Shown here one piece after another: positions 13,640-28,829 of a DNA stretch of 64,000 nucleotides (its first letter is position 1; every line of letters starts with the position of its first letter). Under the pieces are notes generated by a model. The model had not been told where the DNA came from and did no database searches. It worked only from the letters and a program-made list of their open reading frames with translations. Origin of the DNA: Octopus vulgaris (taxonomy: Eukaryota); NCBI GenBank assembly GCA_951406725.2, contig OX597825.1:76012001-76076000 (forward strand), written 5' to 3'. The translations under genes and the position numbers were made by a program.

Positions 13640-13935
13640 CACACACACATGCACACACATACACACATACATACATATATACATATGTATGTTTGTATGA
13701 TGTATATACATACATACATGCATGCATATTTACATACATACATACATATACATATATATACATACATACACAAACACATACATGCATGCATACATGCATG
13801 TATGCATGCATGCATGCATACATACATACATGCATGCATACATACATCCATGCATACATACATACATACATACATACATGCATGCATACATACATACATC
13901 CATGCATACATACATACATACATGCATACATACAA
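13640..13935. repeat. (TACA/TGCA)n microsatellite expansion inside an old SINE A
   Basis: Direct reading; flanks continue the SINE A sequence from about 13450 to 14040. Confidence 0.9.
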
Positions 13936-14545
13936 CTGAATTCTTTCAGTTTCCATCTGTCCAAGATGTCATGCAGTGGGACTGAACCCAGAACCATGTG
14001 GTTGGGAAGCAAACTTATTACCACACAGCCATACCTGCACCTTTATATACATATTTGTGTTAAGCTTATAAAAGGGCTTAAAATTGTTTTATCCTGAATC
14101 TGAGCTAATATCTTAAAAATTTACACTACTAAGGCTTGTGTCGAATGTGATTTTAAGGTCCATTCTTTGGAAGAATATAATAAGATTCTTCCTAAGGTCA
14201 TTGAGTTCAAGCCAGTTCATGTTACAGGTGACTGTAAGGCCATCGTCCTTGTATGTTTGTCTGTGCATTTGTGTTACTGTGCCCCTTGCCTTGACATTGC
14301 ATGGCTGTTGTAAATAAGTGGCACTATCATGCAAACGATGTCCTTCATTTTCAATCTTCTGTGTAAACATGTCTGGGTCATGGAGAAATTTTACCTTGCT
14401 TGGAAACAGGTGAGAAATGGCAACAAGAGAAGCATTTGGCTTTAGAAAATCCACCTCAACGAAATCTGTATGACCCATGTAACTATGGAAAAGTGGATGT
14501 CAAAACAATAATGATGGTGATGACAGCATTAATGTCAGGAAGATC

Positions 14546-14770
14546 TGTTTCTTTATTACCCACAAGGGGCTAAACACAGAGGGGACAAACCAGGACAGAC
14601 AAAGGGATTAAGTTGATTATATCGACCCCAGGGCGTAACTGGCACTTAATTTATCGACCCCGAAAGGATGAAAGGCAAAGTCGACCTTAGCGGAATTTGA
14701 ACCCAGAACGTAACGGCAGACGAAATACGGCTACGCATTTCGCCCGGCGTGCTAACGATTCTGCCAGCTC
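14546..14770 (-). mobile_element. SINE family B
   Basis: Reverse complement of 9192-9422; 7-bp TSD gaagatc. Confidence 0.9.
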
Positions 14771-15780
14771 GAAGATCAACACCACAGATGGTTAGCGGTG
14801 CAAGAGAGCTTGTCTAAAGCAAGAGCACTAAATAATTCCTTTCACAGTGTATCGGTTCTTTTGCAGGTTTACTGCCCTCCTATACTGGTAACCTACAATT
14901 ACTGCTAGCCTGCAGAGGCCCCATTTTGCTAATACATTCCATTTTAGATTTTAGACATGTCTCTATGGCTGACTGCTCTTTCTAGCATCAACCATTGGCA
15001 GGGTTTGAACTCACAATGTAAAGAGCTTGAACAAATACCTCAAATCATTACCTTCTGCCACTCAGTCAGTTATGACGGCAAGATCAATTAAACAACCTGC
15101 TTGTGAAATTAATGTGAAAGTGACTGAGCACTCCACAGACATACATACCGTTACCATAGTTCTCAAGGAGATTCAGTGTAACACAGAATGGGACAAGGCT
15201 AGTCCTTTGAAATACAGATGCAACTCATTTTTACCAGCTGAGTGAACTGGAGCAATATGAAGTAAAGTGTCTTGCTCAAAGTCACAACATGTTACTGAGA
15301 ATTGAACTCATAATCCTGCAATCATGAACAGAACAGACTAACCACTTAGCCACACTGCTTCATTTCATGTCATTATATACAACACTTTAATGATTCTGCC
15401 AACTCACTACTGAAAATAGTTTCTAATTTAGGCAAAACGCCAACAATTTTAATATGACGAGTTAATTAATTATATCAACCCTCATACTTGTTTAGTCTTT
15501 AGTCTATCTTATTGACCTTGAAAGGATGAAAATTTGAACTCGCTGGGATTAGAACCCTGAATGTAAAGAACTGAAACAAATACTTATCTTTTATTTTTTA
15601 TGTGTTTCAGTCCTTAGTCTGTGGCCATGCTGGAGCAGCACTTTAAAGGATTTTAGTTGAATGAATCAACCCCAGTATGTATTTTTTGAAGCCTGGTACT
15701 TACTCTGTTGTTCTCTTTTGCTGAACCCCTAAATTATGGGAACATAAACATATCAACACCAGTTGTCAAGTGGTGGAGGG

Positions 15781-15824
<44 letters not shown>

Positions 15825-16005
15825 ACAACAGGTTTCTTTTAGTTACCATCTACCAATCCACTCTCAAGGCTTCAGTCAGCCCAAGGCTATAGTAGAAGAC
15901 TCAAGGTGCCAAGCAGTAGGATTGAACCCAAAACTCTGTGGTTGTGAAGCTAACTTCTTACTACACTGCTATTCCTGTGCCTTTCTCTTTCTCCCTCTCT
16001 CACAT

Positions 16006-16041
<36 letters not shown>

Positions 16042-18249
16042 TTATTTTTTTTTTGCACTCTAATGATTCTGTCAGTCCAACCATCCTTATTATTTTTAGC
16101 ATAGGGCACAGAAGGTCTGAAATGTGGTGGAGTGGAGAGGGTGGGTAGCCACTACCATCACCCCACTGTATTGATTTATGGTAACAGTATTCAGTTGTTA
16201 TGAACCAGGCTCCACATTAGTAAAAGAAAGGGACTGAGATTGTATGACATTCTTGCCAAGCCAGGCTCCAACCAAAAATCCAAACTAGGTCACAGATGCT
16301 TCTCACTAGAAGCTTACCTCTTGTCTATGGCACTTATTCAGGATAATATTAATAAGCATGAGTACAAATGAATGTGGTGTACAATAATCAAGGTGTGATT
16401 ATATTTTAATTTCCACTACTGAAACACATCTGTTCTATGTTATTTCTGGCACTATACTTAGAAGAAAGCAGGCTCTGTATTCAATTTAGTCTTCTTGGGA
16501 GAAAGGAAGACAACATCCACAGGTAACTTTAGCATGTGTTAGTCATCTTGGAGTGTCTGGCCAAGTGTTGATGTACTGGCTAATCTAATTGAAGGAAGAT
16601 GATGCTCTACAGCAGATTACTGACACAGACACACACACTTTCTCTCTCTCTCTCTCTCTCTCTCCTTAATCAGATTAATTGCAGTTTTAACATTCTGTTT
16701 AATGTTCTTTTTCAAATGAGACTCTAAAAAAGGATTTTCTTTTTGATGATACAGCGAAGTGTTGTTGAAACTAATTTGTCTCACAAAGATGATAATGATG
16801 ATGAACAACAATAACAATAACATCAATAATAAAAAGCAAGGTGTTCTGATTCAACTGCAAGGCCAGCGATTTCTGGGTGGGGAGAGAGGAATGGTAATTT
16901 GTTAAATCCGTCAACCTCCACACTTGACCACTCAACCACTTAACTTGTACATAGTTTTAGCAAACCTGAAATGACAAAAAGGCAAAAGTAACCCTGGCAG
17001 GAATTGAACTCAGGTGCAAGGAGCTGATGACTAGTACCACACTTTGGATTTCATGTCAGTGCACAGAAGCTGTGTAATTTCAATAAATTTGGTGTGGCTT
17101 GGGGAAGGCAATTTTGATTTACACTTTCCACTAACCATCACATATTCATATATGTATACACACTGGCTGCTTGGGATTGAAATTTTCTTAGTGGGTGCAA
17201 ACCCAGGCCTGAAAATTTTTACAAATAAGGTCATATTTTTTTTATTTATTTATTTATGTTCTTTGTTCTTTGAGTAGAAATCTAATTAAAGGTACTTTCT
17301 ACAGATCACTTTTTACTCACTGTTTTCTAAATCCAAGAAAAGTAAGTAGGGGTCCAAATTTTGATTTTGCGCTCCACAAAAATTTTAGGGGATGCAAGCA
17401 CACCCCTTCAACCCACTGTCCCCAGGCCCTTGTGTATACACAATGTATTTTATCTATTTGATGTATTATTTCATACCTGTTAAATTAGCTCTAATTTTAT
17501 AGTTATTTCTATTGGAGATGACAGCCTATGGGAATAAAGGTAGATAAATTAGAGTAGTAAATGTATGAGAGGAGTGATAGTGTATGAATGAAGTATAAGA
17601 GTGGTAGCATAGTATAATACTGTGTGTGGTGGTTGTAGTATTGGACATGGATGATAGTTGGTGTCTTAAGAATTCAACGTATTTTTACAAATCCAGGATA
17701 TCTAGTTCAAGGAAAGGCATCCAGCTGTGAAAAATCCTACAAAAGTAGACACTGGGCCTCAACGTGGTCTCCACACTTGCTCTCATCATATCTTTGTATT
17801 ATCAGAGTGTTTAGTATAAGAAAAGGCATCCAGGTGTAGAAAACCCAAAGCAAATTTGAGATTTCAAATGCAATCCCTAGTTTCATCTGATCCTGTCAAA
17901 CTGTCCGACCCATGCCAGCATTGAAGGCAGACATTAAATGAAGATTAAAATTGATGATTTAGTGTGTTCATTTTGTAGATTATGTATGATGGATTGTGCT
18001 GATGTGGCTGTATGGTAAGAAGTTTACTTTCCACTCACATAGTTCAGTCCCACTGCACAGCACCTTGGGCAACTTGTGTTTTAGAATAAATAGACATAAT
18101 AGAATGTCAAGTGGCTGATGTATGTCATTTTTGTATCCCTTCCATTTTTACTTTTTTACCATATAAATTAAGGGTAAACCACTTTTTTATCCCCCGCCCA
18201 TATATGACACTCGATTGCAAAATTGCCACACAATATCCAGCACTTGGGA

Positions 18250-18880
18250 ATCAATAATTGGGTACACTACCAGCAATATATTGGATAGGTACTGTGGACA
18301 CAGCAGTTCTGTGATACAACCATACAGGCATACAGCAACAGCACTATGGTATGCAGTTCTGTAGTATATAGGCACTATGGTACAACAGTTCTGAGGTAGA
18401 GTAGCAGTACTATGATACAAATTTGTGAAAGTTCAGCACAGTGATATGATACAACAGGAACAATACGGTAAGCACTAATATAGTATAAAGGCACTATAAC
18501 ATATAGTGTGTCATACTATGATATACAGTTTTTATAGTGCAATAACACTATAGTCCAGCAGCAGTATGGTGAGCACTATTATAGTATAGAGGTACTATGG
18601 CACAATAGTGCTATATTACAGTAGTGCTGTGAATACAACTGTTCTATAGATACAGTAGTATTACAATACAGCAGTGATATGATACAGCAATACTATGGTA
18701 AACCCTGCTATAGTACAGAGGCGCTATTGTACACTAATGCTATAGTACAGCAGTGATATGATACAGTAGTATTAGAACTGCATTATAGTGCAATAGTGTC
18801 ATAGTACATCAACACTATTGCATAGTACTATCATAGCAATGCAGAATTATGGTACAGCATGCAGTAATATTATGCACTGT
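18250..18880. repeat. Degenerate short-period tandem repeat
   Basis: Recurring cagcagtgatatgata / cactatagtacag-type motifs with an apparent period of about 16 bp. Confidence 0.7.
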
Positions 18881-19057
18881 TTCATTAAGTAATTTATTCT
18901 TTACTCAAAATACGAGTAATGTTGCTCTGGTTTGACTTATGACTTATGTGATTAAATAAAGGAGGCAGGTGTGTATGTTTCTATCAGATCTACATTTGCT
19001 CTAAGTTATGTTACCTAGGAAGAAATGCCACTTAGCATTTTGTTCTAGATGCTAACT

Positions 19058-19468
19058 ATAGGCGCAGGAGTGGCTGTGTGGTAAGTAGCTTGCTAACCAA
19101 CCACATGGTTCTGGGTTCAGTCCCACTGCGTGGCATCTTGGGCAAGTGTCTTCTGCTATAGCTCCGGGCCAACCAATGCCTTGTGAGTGGATTTGGTTGA
19201 CGGAAACTGAAAGAAGCCTGTCGTATATATGTATATATATATATGTGTGTGTGTGTGTTTGTGTTTGTCCCCTTAGCATTGCTTGACAACCGATGCTGGT
19301 GTGTTTACGTCCCCGTCACTTAGCGGTTCGGCAAAGAGACCGATAGAATAAGTACTGGGCTTACAAAGAATAAGTCCCGGGGTCGATTTGCTCAACTAAA
19401 GGCGGTGCTCCAGCATGGCCGCAGTCAAATGACTGAAACAAGTAAAAGAGTAAAGAGAGTAAAGAGAG
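19058..19468 (+). mobile_element. SINE family A, full length
   Basis: Near-identical to 3446-3826; tail of gagtaaa repeats. Confidence 0.9.
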
Positions 19469-19777
19469 ACTGCTAGCTTGCAGTATTAGTAACAGTAGCA
19501 GTAGTAGTAGTAATAATAATAATAATAATAATAGTAATAATAATTTCTACTAAAGGCATAAGGCCTGAAATTTTGGGGGGACTAGTCAGTTACATCAACC
19601 CCAGAGTTTCACTGGTACTTAATTTATTGAATTCGGAAGGATGAGAAGCAAAGTCAATCTCAGTAGAATTTGAACCAAAAATGCGAAGACAGATGAAATG
19701 CCACTAAACATTTTCCCTAGCGGGCTAATGATTCTGCCAGCTTGCTATCTTGAATAATAATGATAATAATAATAATG

Positions 19778-20197
19778 CTTGTCAGTTGTTTGACCTTAAC
19801 CAGTTGAGCATGACCCTTAGTGGCTGACGATATGTGCATCTCTGATCACGAGCAGAAGTAGTGGGGGAGCATCATAGCCATGTGTTGAGAGGGATTCTTT
19901 GGGGTTTGAATAATTCACCTCTGGAAACATGGGTGGTTCTTTCAACATCCTTAAACAACCCTTATTCAGGGACCTTTTGAGTGGGATGGGCTACTCAACC
20001 TGAAGAAAATTCTAACTGGGCCCCACCTGCAAGGTCATGTGCTGTTTATCTTGATATGAGATCACCATGTCGCGCACATATGGTTGTGATGCATGTGCCT
20101 GGTGTACCCTTATCAGACGGGTAGTCAATATGGGTATATTGGGCTTCGTATATTTTACCCCAGTGTCACTTTGATGGCATGAACTGCTCTCTCACTC

Positions 20198-20240
<43 letters not shown>
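19778..20240 (+). mobile_element. Retroposon 3' end with (AAT)n tail (second copy at about 60905-61203, minus strand)
   Basis: Two dispersed copies ending in ctctctcact(c/t)aataat... Confidence 0.7.
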
Positions 20241-20245
<5 letters not shown>

Positions 20246-20470
20246 CCTTTCTACTATAAGTACAAGGTCTGATATTTAGTGGAGGGAGATAGTGGGTTAC
20301 ATTGACCCTAGTGCATAACTAGTACTATCTTTACAATGGATTCAGCTGATAGCTGGATCCATCTCACAGTAATAATAATCCTTTCTGCTATGGGTACAAA
20401 GCCTGAAATATCGGTGGAGGAATCTAGTCAATTACATAAACCCCAGTGCTCAACTGATATATATATATAT

Positions 20471-20770
20471 TGTCCTTTTCAAGCCTAGCCAGGCTCATGG
20501 GCCCGGTTTCACGGTTTCTGTGGCGTATGTGTTCCCCCCAGCTGGATGGGATGCCAGTCCATCGCAGCATTACTCAAGAAACAGGAAGGGAGAGTGAGAG
20601 AAAGTTGTGGCAAACGAGTACAACAGGGGTTGCCACCACCCCCTGCCGGAGCCTCGTGGATCTTTAGGTGTTTTCGCTCAATAAACACACACAACGCCTG
20701 GTCTGGGAATCGAAACCGCGATCCTCCGACCCTAAGTTCGCTGCCCTAACCACTAAGCCATTGCACCTCC
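20471..20770 (-). mobile_element. tRNA-derived SINE of another family
   Basis: Minus-strand head ggaggtgcaatggcttagtggttagggcagcg...ggtttcgattccc containing A and B boxes. Confidence 0.8.
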
Positions 20771-20994
20771 ACACACACACACACACATACATATACATAT
20801 ATATATATAAAATAAATTACAAAATGGGACAAGAACGCAAAACATCCGGACAGCTAGGTGATACAAAAAGGGACACCAAAACATCCAGATAGACGATACA
20901 AAAAACACGGACGGGTCATTCGAAGCCTTTAGTCTTCAGTCAAGAACTGGATCATCCACGCAATTTCCGCATATATATATGTATATATATACAC

Positions 20995-21027
<33 letters not shown>

Positions 21028-21034
21028 TATATAT

Positions 21035-21103
<69 letters not shown>

Positions 21104-21136
21104 TGTATATGGTGCTCAGTTTGTTTATTTGACATT

Positions 21137-23300
21137 TCATCATCATCATCATCATTTCCTGTGCTTGCATGGGCTGGACGGTTTGACATGGAGCTGGCCA
21201 GCTAGGGAGTGTCCAGACTCCTATTGTCTATTGTAGCATGGTTTCTATGGTCGAATGCTCTTCCAAGTGCCCACCACTTTAGAGAGTATACTGGGAGCTT
21301 TTTACATGCCACTGACATGTGTGTGTTTATGCAGCACCGGCATGGGTGCATTTCATGTGGCACCTGCACAGTACAAGCCTGTAAGTATGGAAGACTGCAA
21401 TTTTACTTAGCTTGACCTATCTTTTCAAATACAGTAAATCACCACAACTTCTGGTCCCTTGTCATTTCCTCAATGAGGCCCAGCATCTTAAGGACCTTTC
21501 TCACTACCTCATCCCATGCCTTCCTGGGTCTACCCTTTCCACAGGTTCTCTCCATAATTAGGGTTCAGCACTTCTTTATGCAGCTGTCCTCATCCATACA
21601 CATCACATGACCAAACCAGTGCAGTCTTCTCTTCTGCACACAACATCTGATGCCTCTTATACCCAGTTTTCCTCTTAAATCGTTTACACTTTGTTGTGCA
21701 TGCACACTGATATTATCCATCCAGTGGAGCATGCTAACCTCATTTCTTTCAGGCCTTTTCAAGTCTTCTGTATTCAAAGCCCATGTCTCGTTGCTATGTA
21801 GCATAGCTGCACATATACAGGCATCATACAATCTACCTTTCTCTCTGAGGAAGAGGCACTTAGTTACCAATAAAAGTAAAAGCTTCCTGAACTTTGCCTA
21901 TTTTTATTCTAGCAACTACACTTTCAGATCTTCCTCCACCACCTCTAACTTGGTCTCCTAGATGCTATCTACAACTTCTAATGATCCCTCTGAGCATTTG
22001 ATGGGAGTCTATTGTCAGAGCATTTTCAGTGCTTATTGCATATGCATATTTGCCACACACAAAGACTCTTTTTATTGTTACCCTTCCTATGATACAGCTC
22101 TGCTTATGTGTCCAAAGCTTGCACTGGGTACAATGTATGGAGTTTCTATCAACACCCTTCTTACATATTGAGTGGAGCCATCTCCATGAAGGGACTTGTG
22201 ATTGCTCTGTTTTCCTATTTACTAGGACTTTGATTTTGATAAATTTACTCTAAGGCCCTTAGATTCCAGGCCTTGCTTCCACACCTGAAATTTCTTCTCT
22301 AGATCAGGTAGTGATTCAGCCATAAGAACAAAGTCATTAGCATAGAGGAGCTCCCAGGGGCAGCTGGTCTTGAATTCTTCTGTTAAATAAACAAGAGGGG
22401 TTGAGAACTGAACCTTGGTGAACTCCTACATGTGCATGTACACTAAATTCATTGTTGTACTCATTGCCAACCTTTACCTAACTGGCAGCATCCCTGTACA
22501 TGGTTTGCACAGCTCTCAGTAACCACTCATCTATCCCTAGCTTCTGTATTGATCACTAGATAAGGGAGCAGGGGACCCCGTCAAAGGCTTTCTCCATGTC
22601 TATGAAAGCCAAGTACAGAGGTTTATCTTTGGTCAAATAATTCTCCTACAGTTACTTAACCAGGAATATAGCATCAATTATGCTCCTACCTGGCACAAAT
22701 CCAAACTGCTTCTCATCTATACCAGCTCCCTTCCTAATTAATTGAGCAATGGTCCTTTCTGTGACTTTCATCACCTGGTCCAACAATTTGATGCCTCCGT
22801 AATTATTTTTGTCTGTTGCATCACTTTTATCTTTGTAGCAGCTGACTATAATGCTACTACACCAATAGTGAGGTATGACCCCCTTGTGGATAACCTGCTT
22901 AACTATACAGGCGACTAGGTCATATCCTACTCTGCCAGATATTTTAAGCATCTCAGTAGTGATTTCTGATGGGTCAGAGACTTTTCCTATCTTCATATCC
23001 TTAATGTCTTTATCTGCCAAGCTACTGTTGATTCAGATAGCTGGTCCCCCAGTTAGGTTTACATTTAGCAGACTCTCCTTCTCCCATACATTCTCTACAT
23101 TTAGTAGTCTTTCAAAATAACATTTCCAAACCTCTTTCTTCACAGAATCATTAAATGCTATTGAAACATCCTCCATGTGGATACATTTCTCTCATATGAC
23201 ATCATGGTTTTATCTCACACATGGTCTTGCAATCTGAAAAACTTCAAGTCTCTGTTTCTCATGTCACAGAACATTAGAAAACTTACAGAACATTGGCAAA
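21137..23300 (-). mobile_element. Degenerate RTE-clade LINE (RT to 3' end)
   Basis: NYGGIKLLDQVMKV, QFGFVPGRS, RRLHWFGHV motifs with stops and frameshifts; (GAT)n tail. Confidence 0.9.
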
Positions 23301-25163
23301 CTGTGGCTAATTTGAATATATAATTAGATATTTTGCATATTTAATCAGATATTGAATTGATTGTTGTGCTAAAAGATACCAGTTAGCACAAGTAATCAGC
23401 TTATCAAGTTTGATGAGTGAGCTACTAACAGAAATAGAGATATTTACACATAAAAACAGATGTAGCTGCATGGTTAAGAAGGTTGCTTTCCAAATATGAA
23501 GTCTTGGTTTCAGTTCCACTGTATGTCACCTCGGGCAAATTTCATGGGCCAACCAAAGCCTTGTAAGTGGATTTGGTAAAAGGTTACTGAAAGATGCTCA
23601 TTGTATTACTACATATGTATGTGTGTGTGTGTGTGTCTTTGTGTTGGTGTTTATACTCCACCACCACTTGACAGCCAGTGTTGGTTTATTTACATTCCTA
23701 TATCTTAGAAGTTAGACAATAGAAGGCAATAAAACAAGTTTCATGTAAGTATTGGAGTCGATTTGTTTAACTAAAACCTCACAAGGTGGTGCCCCAGCAT
23801 GGCCATAGTCCAATGACAGAAACAAATGAAAGATACAAAATATTAAGTTGAACTGCCATTTATGCACATCAATTGGCTAAACTTTGTCATTTTTCAACCA
23901 TCTCTACATTTGAAGGATAAAATTCTCACTGGAAAGGGTCTACTATGGAAAGACAAAACAAATAAAATATTTGCTTTGTTTATAAATTGAAAGCCATGTG
24001 GAAACCATGGAACCCAAAGTGTTTTTTAGCCAATTAATATGTTTGTTTGTTTTTTAAATGCGTCTTAAAATCACAATAATTTCTACCAAATTGTATTTCA
24101 CGGCAGATTTTGCTTTATGTTAAAGAAACTTTCACTCACAATAATTCCAGAATGATTCCTATTCACATAATTTCTTTACCAAATGAAATCTGTAAGCAAA
24201 ATCTTTGAAATGCAAAACGTTTTGTGTATGTCTAATGTATTTCAAATTTGGTTGTGTTCTACTTGATATTTAAAGAAATTTCTATCTATACTTACATATT
24301 TATGCTAACAAGATTCCAGTCCTACCCCCACCAACTCATCAATTCTTTATCTGGCTTACACGATATTTCCATTGATTTTGAATTATCTATTTGTGAAACA
24401 GATAATTCTATTTATTTGAATATGAAACAGAGAAAGAAAACTTCTCACAAAAATTTTTTTGGAAAATGTTTTAAAAAACGTCTATTGTCAGTAAATGTAT
24501 ATATTAATTCTTTAGAAGATAGTAAAGCAGTGAAGAACTGGATGAATGATTTTAAATTCAGTTTCCTAAAATTATTTCGACAACCACCATTCACTGATTT
24601 TCAGAAGAATAAAAGTAGAAATCCACATTTTTTTCAATGATACATATTTATTTGTCTTGTGTTTTTTTTGTTTTTTTTTGAGAGAGAATCCAGAATTAAA
24701 CGCTATGCTGATTGTTGTGTCCTCTTATACTGTTATCTTTTGTCTCACACTGCTTCTACTAATCTCTCTGTTCAGGTTATTGATATTTAAATTACTCAAT
24801 TTTGCAGCTGTATACTTTTAAAAGCATTTCAATATTTCAGCACAATCGATTTATTGTGCAGACGGAAACAATGGAATTATCTGAGAAATGGTAACAAAAA
24901 TGGAGGTGGTTTCCTGATTAACTCTTTTGTTCCTCTTGTTTATATCACTTGATCATTTGTCTACATCTTTATCATTGAACGTTTAATGTTCACATGAAAA
25001 TCGATTGTCCTCTAAATCAATGCTTGTAGGTATTAGTTTTCTGTTGTGTTTTGTTCATTTTTTTTTAATAAGAACTAGTATATTCTACACTGACTAACAT
25101 CTTGGTTCTTGACAATCTTAGGCACTGTTTCTAACAACAATATTTCTAGGTATAAAGTCAGGT

Positions 25164-25492
25164 GAAGGCACATGGGTCAGTGGTTAGAGGGTTGGGCTCA
25201 CAGTCATGAGGTAGTGAGTTTGATTTCCAGACCAGGTGTGTGTTGTGTTCATGAGCAAGACTATTTCATGTTGCTGTGGTTCACTCAACTGTAGAAATGA
25301 GTTGTGACATCACTGGTGTCAAGCTGTATCGGTCTTTGCCTTTCCCTTGGATGACATCGGTGGCATGGAGAGGGGAGGCTGGTATGCATGGGTGACTGCT
25401 GGTCTTCCATAAACAACCCTGCTTGGACTTGTGCCTCGGAGGGTAACTTTCTAGGGTCAATCTCATGGCCATTCATGACTGAAGGGGGTCCC
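25164..25492 (+). mobile_element. tRNA-derived SINE
   Basis: Head gaaggcacatgggtcagtggttagag...gagtttgatttcc, related to family C. Confidence 0.7.
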
Positions 25493-26789
25493 AATCAGTA
25501 TATTCTAGATGATGAGTTAAATAAAGCTTGAACTTATCATAAGTGGAGGAGTTGTTCCTAAGATGGCAGGGAAAAACCTAAATGAAATCAACTGATAGGA
25601 ATAAAGCAATAATAGCAAGAAAATCTCTCAATTTAGTTATTCATTTGAGTTTAAACAAAAATGTATCTATCCATTCTTAACGTATTCTGGAAGGTTTGAA
25701 TATGAGTATCTGATTGGCATTATCATTGAAGAAAAATGTCTTCCCTTTAGACAATATGCTTTTGTTCAAATGGTAAATCATGCAGAACAGCAAACATCCA
25801 AACAATAATCTGTTTGTTCAATCACACTACTTCCTGGCAGATTTGAGCATAAATAGTCAAGCACTCTTGCTTTTTACTGTCAAGAACATCTTCCTTTTCA
25901 GGATGTGTGTTCATAATACATGCAATTCACTGGTGTAAAGGGTCTCTGAGACACCACAGCATTTTGATCTCACTGTGTGTCTCTTTCAGAGGACTGTGCC
26001 GTGTTCCACTGTCTGCTTTGGCATGATTTCCACCATTGGATGCCCTTCCTAATGCTAACCCTTTTACAAAGTGTACTTGGTATTTTTCTCTTAGTACTGG
26101 CTCCAGTGAGATTACTGGGTGATTTACAAGACAAGATCACTCAACTGAGAGTGGCAAGGGAATACTGAAGGAGGTGAAAGCATGATTGAGGGACAGGAGC
26201 AGGAGCTTGAAGTGAAGACACATGGTTTTACCAGCTAGAAAGGGAGGACAGATGGTGAAAATGAGGTGTTAGAGTGTGCCCTCAAGTTACAGGAAGATGA
26301 ATATAAGAGAAATGGAACATAAAAATGGACAGGTCAAGTGGTTAAATAAGATTGTGAGAATGTGACTGGGAAATGACATATGGACAGAGGTGAATGGTGG
26401 ACATTGGTTGGAGTACAGCCAGTGGTGAAAATCAGTTTGATGGGGAAGATGTAGAGGGGGGAGTGAGTTAAAGAGGTAATAAGAAGCAGCACAGATGAAG
26501 TGAAGTGTGTCGGGAAGGATGCAAAAGAGATGCATAGTGATAGGAACGAGATCATAGGTAGATAGTGGTGGAAATAGTGAGTAACAGGCAGAGGAACTGC
26601 AAGATGTCATTGAATGAAAGGATGTGCAGGAGAAAATGTGTACAAGAGAAACAAGAGAAAGTGAGTGTTCAGCAAAACATAATGTGGCAAATGATAATAT
26701 AGAGAATGAGAGAGACAAAAGGAGTGGTTCCAGGTAGGGTGATAACTGGTGGCACAAAAGTGGGGAATATACTGCTGTCTCATATCATT

Positions 26790-27331
26790 ATACCATTGTG
26801 TCATACTCAGAAGAGTGATGGGGGGATGGGTGTTAGGAAGATGAGATGCAGAGAAGACACCCTTCAGGTACAGATTGGTTGCAGGGACACAGACCTCAAG
26901 TTGGGCCATTAATTCATCCAGTATTGTGGAGAGGAGAATGCCTAGTTCCTTTTTAAAGACATCTATATCTACATTGAGTACGTTTCTTAATTTTTGTGGT
27001 AGGTCTTTGAAGACCTGTGGGCCTTTGAACCCTAAGCTATTGCAATATCTGGTCTTGAATTTATATGGATCGGGTGGTACCTTTAGTACAATAGAACAGT
27101 ACCTAATCTGAACTCTCTTTACTCTCTTTACTCTTTTACTTGTTTCAGTCATTTCACTGCGGCCATGCTGGAGCACTGCCTTTAGTTGAGCAAATCGACC
27201 CCGGGACCTATTCTTTGTAAGCCCAGTACTTATTCTATTGGTCTCTTTTGCTGAACTGCTAAGTGACGGGGACGTAAACACACCAGCATCAGTTGTCAAG
27301 CAATGCTAGGGGGACAAACACAGACACACAA

Positions 27332-27362
<31 letters not shown>

Positions 27363-27735
27363 CATATATACGACAGGCTTCTTTCAGTTTCCGTCTACCA
27401 AATCCACTCACAAGGCATTGGTTGGCCCGGGGTCATAGCAGAAGACACTTGCCCAAGATGCCACACAGTGGGACTGAACCCGGAACCATGTGGTTGGTTA
27501 GCAAGCTACTTACCACACAGCCACTCCTGAACATTTGTATAACACTAAATGTCAAAATTAGGTACCAGCCCTTCCAGAATTTTCCATATGTAGATTATTA
27601 CATATCTGTCACATCTTCCTTCAAGGTAGTAAAGTCATAGTTCTTCCAGCCTCCTGTTTGTAGCTCATCTGCTGCACTGTTACGCTCCTTTTAGGGTAGT
27701 GAGGTTGGACTGTTTCAAGCTCTGCTGGCCATTAT
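26790..27735 (-). mobile_element. CR1/L2-like LINE ORF2 C-terminal relic interrupted by a SINE
   Basis: TRYCNSLGFKGPQVFKDLPQKLRNV...FKKELGILL; SINE A inserted at 27114-27528. Confidence 0.65.
27114..27528 (-). mobile_element. SINE family A
   Basis: Family match; ctgaac duplicated at both ends. Confidence 0.9.
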
Positions 27736-28159
27736 TCTTCAAGTGCTGACATCAGCATTTCTGGTTACAACATACACTTTTCCATATTTACATGGCTGTG
27801 TGATTAAGAAGTTTATTTCCCAACCATGAGGCTTCAGGTTCGATTCCACTGCATGGTACACTGGACAAATGTCTTCTACCACGGCCCAAGGCTGACCAAG
27901 TCCTTGTGAGTGGATTTGATCGAAAGAAACTGAAAGAAGCCCATCGTATGCGTGTATGTGTGTGTGCACATGCATGTATATATTATGTACGCATGCTTGT
28001 ATGTATGCCTGCATGCAGGTATGTATGTGTGTGTGTGGGGGCCTACGAGCATACATGTGTGCAAGCATGTGTGTGTGTGTGTTTGTCTGTGTGTGTGTAT
28101 GTGTGTGTGTGAATGTCTGGCCATGGGGCAATACTTTGGCGTCAAGACAAGGAAACAGA

Positions 28160-28494
28160 AACATACATACACTCACACATGCATACATAATGCATGCACA
28201 CATGCATATATACACACACATATACGTACACACATGCATACATGAATATACACACACTTACACACATTCATGCATACATACATACATATATACATACATA
28301 CATACATACATACATACATACATACATGCATACATATATACATACATACATATATACATATATACATATATACATACATACATACATACATACATACATA
28401 CATGCATACATACATACATGCATACATGCATACATGAACATACACACACTTACACACATGCATGCATACATACATACATATATACATACATACA

Positions 28495-28528
<34 letters not shown>

Positions 28529-28590
28529 CATACATACATATATACATATATACATATATACATACATACATACATACATACATACATACA

Positions 28591-28624
<34 letters not shown>

Positions 28625-28798
28625 CATACATACATACATACATATATACATACATACATACATACATACATACATACATGCATGCATGCATACATACATA
28701 CATACATACATACATACATGCATACATATATACATACATACATATATACATACATACATACATTCATACATATATACATACATACATACATACTTGCA

Positions 28799-28829
<31 letters not shown>

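Noticed and set aside
20680-20770. tRNA-like sequences as tRNA genes
   Set aside because: A/B boxes continue into SINE bodies; no complete cloverleaf with a terminator was seen.
24248-24640. 130-aa plus-strand ORF
   Set aside because: Non-ATG start, AT-rich, no recognisable motif; the opposite strand shows the more suggestive signal.
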